A DNA stretch of 64,000 bases, taken from Tubiluchus corallicola (lineage: Eukaryota; Animalia; Priapulida). The DNA lies in NCBI GenBank assembly GCA_030141605.1, contig JAQGDQ010000183.1, positions 1-64,000 of the forward strand, written 5' to 3'. Under the pieces are notes generated by a model. It had not been told where the DNA came from. It saw only the letters and a list, made by a program, of their open reading frames with translations, and ran no database searches. Below, one piece after another: positions 60,591 through 64,000 of this stretch (its first letter is position 1; every line of letters starts with the position of its first letter). Made by a program: the position numbers and the translations under genes.

Positions 60591-63500
60591 TATTTCAAAT
60601 AGGTAAGTGTGATGCAAAGCAATATAAGTTTGTATGGACAGTTCTGCAGAAGCTTCCTTTAAAGAAAAGCTTTAATAATGCCAAACTGTTTGTTATAAAA
60701 GAATAAATGGGTAAAAACTTGGTTAACTACACGGGAGCCTAACAAATGATGACATCACAACTGAGCAATTTTCAGCTAGCACAAACACTCCATGAGCATG
60801 TTCCACATGTTTGCGAAGTTGAAAATTGAAGTGCTAGTGTACAAACATTCGGGGTAATATACAAAAGCTTCGCAAATTTTAAGTTTGACATTCAAATTTC
60901 AAGTTTATCGCTGCGCTCGTGCATGAGCTCTCAAACACATGCACTATGTCACAACTGAACACCTCTGAATTGTTCTATATTTTTAAAGTTTCTTAAATTC
61001 ATTTATATTAGTGAGTTGTTTTATTTTACTGGGTAAATTACTGGGTAAGTTGGTAAATATTTGAGCTGAAGAACCGGGGTCTTGTGACTTTTGAATCATG
61101 TATCTAAATTATTTGGAACTGCAGCTGCTACTGCAGGGTTTTTAGTAATCTATCTAGAGTATAGGAGTGCTGGAACTTTGTACTGTACATTTAATGTCGT
61201 GACACATGCTCTAGTACTGTTTACTTGCACAAATATTTACAATTAGTCAAGTTTTCTACAATTCCGTAGCATAGTCTTGGAATATTGGAACGGAATGTGC
61301 ATAATAGGCTTGCTGCCATGCTTTGCTTGCTTAAACAAGTCTGTAAATGCACACGTATGAGAAATTCAAGCAGCGCGTGTACAAGTAATTTAAGTAGACA
61401 AACAGCAAAAATGGGAAAGTTTCATGTTCCCGTGAACATTTGTGGTCAATAAAGAGAGTCACATCTCGTAAATTTCATCATCGAGTTACTTTCTCAAATC
61501 ATTTTTGAGTGTGCAGACTTAAAGTAACGTATTTTTTCAATATGTGAATATCTGTAGAAGCGTTGTTATTAGCAACGTTTAGTTTGCGGCCATCCCTGTC
61601 AGTCATAGTATTCTGAAACTTCGCCATTTTCCAGTGTCGAGGGCATTGTCTTTGTTTAATGTTTTGGCAAGTCAGCATTCAGGAGTAACTGCAGCACCTA
61701 GATGTCGATTCTGTATATGTTCAGAGGAAGGACAAACATTTGCTTTTTACTCTGGCCGATGAAAATAAAAAATTAACGCTCATAGATATCCTACAATCTC
61801 AGAACATTAGTAACATTTATGCCACTCATGACAAAAACCTGCTAGATGCTTTCTCTGAGTTAGTTTGTGATCCGTTTCTGCAAACTTTTGTATAAAATAT
61901 TAAACTTTGCATAACAGAACAAATCTCTAAACATCTAATTTTTCTGTTTCTAGTCACTTTTATATTATACCTGTGTAATATTGTGTAAATTGGTGCTATT
62001 TGATTTTAGTTTTTCTTTTATATTATTTTGTGGTACGAAATCCGTGATTTATTGGTATATAAAAGTCTTATGAATGTAACTGCTATTTTTATTTACAAAG
62101 GTTTTTTAACCATACCCTGCAAATAGAGGGTCACTGTATGTATATTATGTAAATATTTGTATATGTGTATAATTTTAAATTTGAAATAAAGAATTATAAT
62201 AATAAAACATGATAGATGTCAATATTTGCGATAGAAATGGCACATGTCTCATTATCTCAGGCAATCCTCTGTGATGAAACAGTCAACTAAGAGAGCGTCT
62301 TTGCTATGTTCCTAGCCATATACACATTCTTCGGTGAGGCAAATAGCTGAGGCGTTGTGGCAGGAGACATTTTCTTCGGTAGTCGACCACCCATTTAATA
62401 ATTACACACGACGTTGATTAATTTTTTCTTGCTATGTACGTACTTGTATTGACTGATTCACAATGTGTTTGTGTTATCAAGTTGTTAGAACACTTTTAGC
62501 TGATTCCGTCACAATGGCTCATCGTTTTCTCTCTTCTGACATTTCCCATATAACATTTAAGCTAACGTCATGAGCCTTTGGATTTTGTTGTTCAAATTGT
62601 TTCCTTTAGTAGCTGAAAAAGTTAGATGCCCCAATGTGTGTTGCAAATCCTCTGAATTGAATTGAATTTTTTGACTAACACGGACAAAGCATATTAATAA
62701 TACACTAACAAAGGCCCTGCAAAAAAAATTCATATAAACACTTATAGTCAAAAATACGCTAACATCCTACGTAGTCGTCATTTACAACCAAAGCCAGTAG
62801 CAACTTTTACTGAATTAAAGTTATAAGGTTATAGATAGAGTATAATGAATGACGTCAGAACAATGGCTTTGCGTCAGCAGTTTTCCAAGTGAAAATTGCC
62901 AAAAGTAGAACATCTAATTAACTCGTCGGCACTCCTCTTGCTGGACATGTAATAAAATATAGCGCACATCATCGTGTAGCCCTGTTCTTGCTCTTTCTAA
63001 AGAGCCATATATCTCCTTTCGAGAGTCCTACCAGGTGCCACTAGAACGTTTCTTCTGCAGGCTGTTTGGTCAAAATTTCGAAAAAATTGTGAGTTGTGTC
63101 CGGGAAAACGTCCGTTACGGGATGCCGTGGCCCTCTCGCGAATTCTAGATACACCTACTACACACACCGCTGAGCGGGCTATCTATCCATGGCCAACTCC
63201 ACCCCCGGCCCGTTCCCATTCTTCAGAAATAAGAGGTATAAGTTTTGCAAAAAAATGGCTAAAAAATGCACATTTTTGGAGGTCTTTCGCCCCCCCCCCC
63301 TGTTCCTTCCGGTGGGCCCGATTCGAAAAATAAACCCCCAATGGATACATCGAGACCTTTCGTTTGATGTATAGATCGTCGCATGTCGTCCGAGCTGTAG
63401 CCTCGAATCTTATATATATAATGTATACGATCGCACTCAATGTTGTAAATTGAGTTAGTCCAAATTAAAAAAACAGTATCGGTAGCGAGAAGTCTGAATG

Positions 63501-64000
63501 ATACACAGATCAAAACACGATCTTACGAACCTGATTGGTCGTTAACAGTGTGATTGCTTGACAGGGCGATAAATTTGCTCGAAAAGAGAATGCATTGTAC
63601 CATGTCGTAACGAAGCCTGTGAGCGGATGTTTTATGCCTGTCATTTGACCTCAATTGGGTCAAATACAATTATTTGAAGGTCAGACATACCCAGAAACAT
63701 GTATGGATATATATATATATATATACAGATGATATGTAGAACTGAAAGCAAGTAGGGATGGCAAGGAGAACGAATACTAACAGAAATAATCTAATTAATG
63801 ACATTGCTAGTGGGTTCAAATCCCGAATGGCTCACAATTTTTCACCATCCCCTTTCTTTCTTCAACTCATTGCCCACAACGGGTAACAAATGTTGTAAAA
63901 TAAACAGCAATGGTTTATGAACATTCTGGAATTCACAGCCTTAATCTAATTAATAAGAGGAGAAAGATATTAGAATGTCTGGTACGACATGTTTTATAAA

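Noticed and set aside
63061-63333. Acceptor followed by AVWSKFRKN as the last tetraspanin exon
   Set aside because: Lacks the remaining hydrophobic TM4 half; the region looks like a repeat element

Overview
AT-rich, intron-containing animal (invertebrate-like) genomic DNA; no prokaryotic features. I assembled the gene models by hand from splice sites and translations. (1) A probable truncated TFCP2/LSF paralog on the minus strand: coding exons 3327-3256 and 1560-1467, candidate non-coding first exons ending at 5322 and 6437. It starts just before the SAM domain, has no visible DNA-binding-domain exons and runs off the left edge. (2) A small heat-shock protein with an intronless CDS (9733-10284,+) and an HSE/TATA/Inr promoter. 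(3) A 6-exon cytosolic sulfotransferase (12893-22099,+, 314 aa). (4) A complete 14-coding-exon TFCP2/LSF (CP2/grainyhead family) gene (49237-26636,-, 517 aa). (5) A TSPAN13/31-like tetraspanin (53279 to >59037,+), head-to-head with TFCP2 and carrying a U12-type intron; its last exon was not found. Introns and intergenic DNA hold many hAT, Tc1/pogo and TTAA-type MITEs (several with clear TSDs, some nested), SINE, LINE and Gypsy relics, and many minisatellites. One minisatellite multiplies a TFCP2 splice donor into a candidate micro-exon array. All family assignments come from motif recognition, not database searches.
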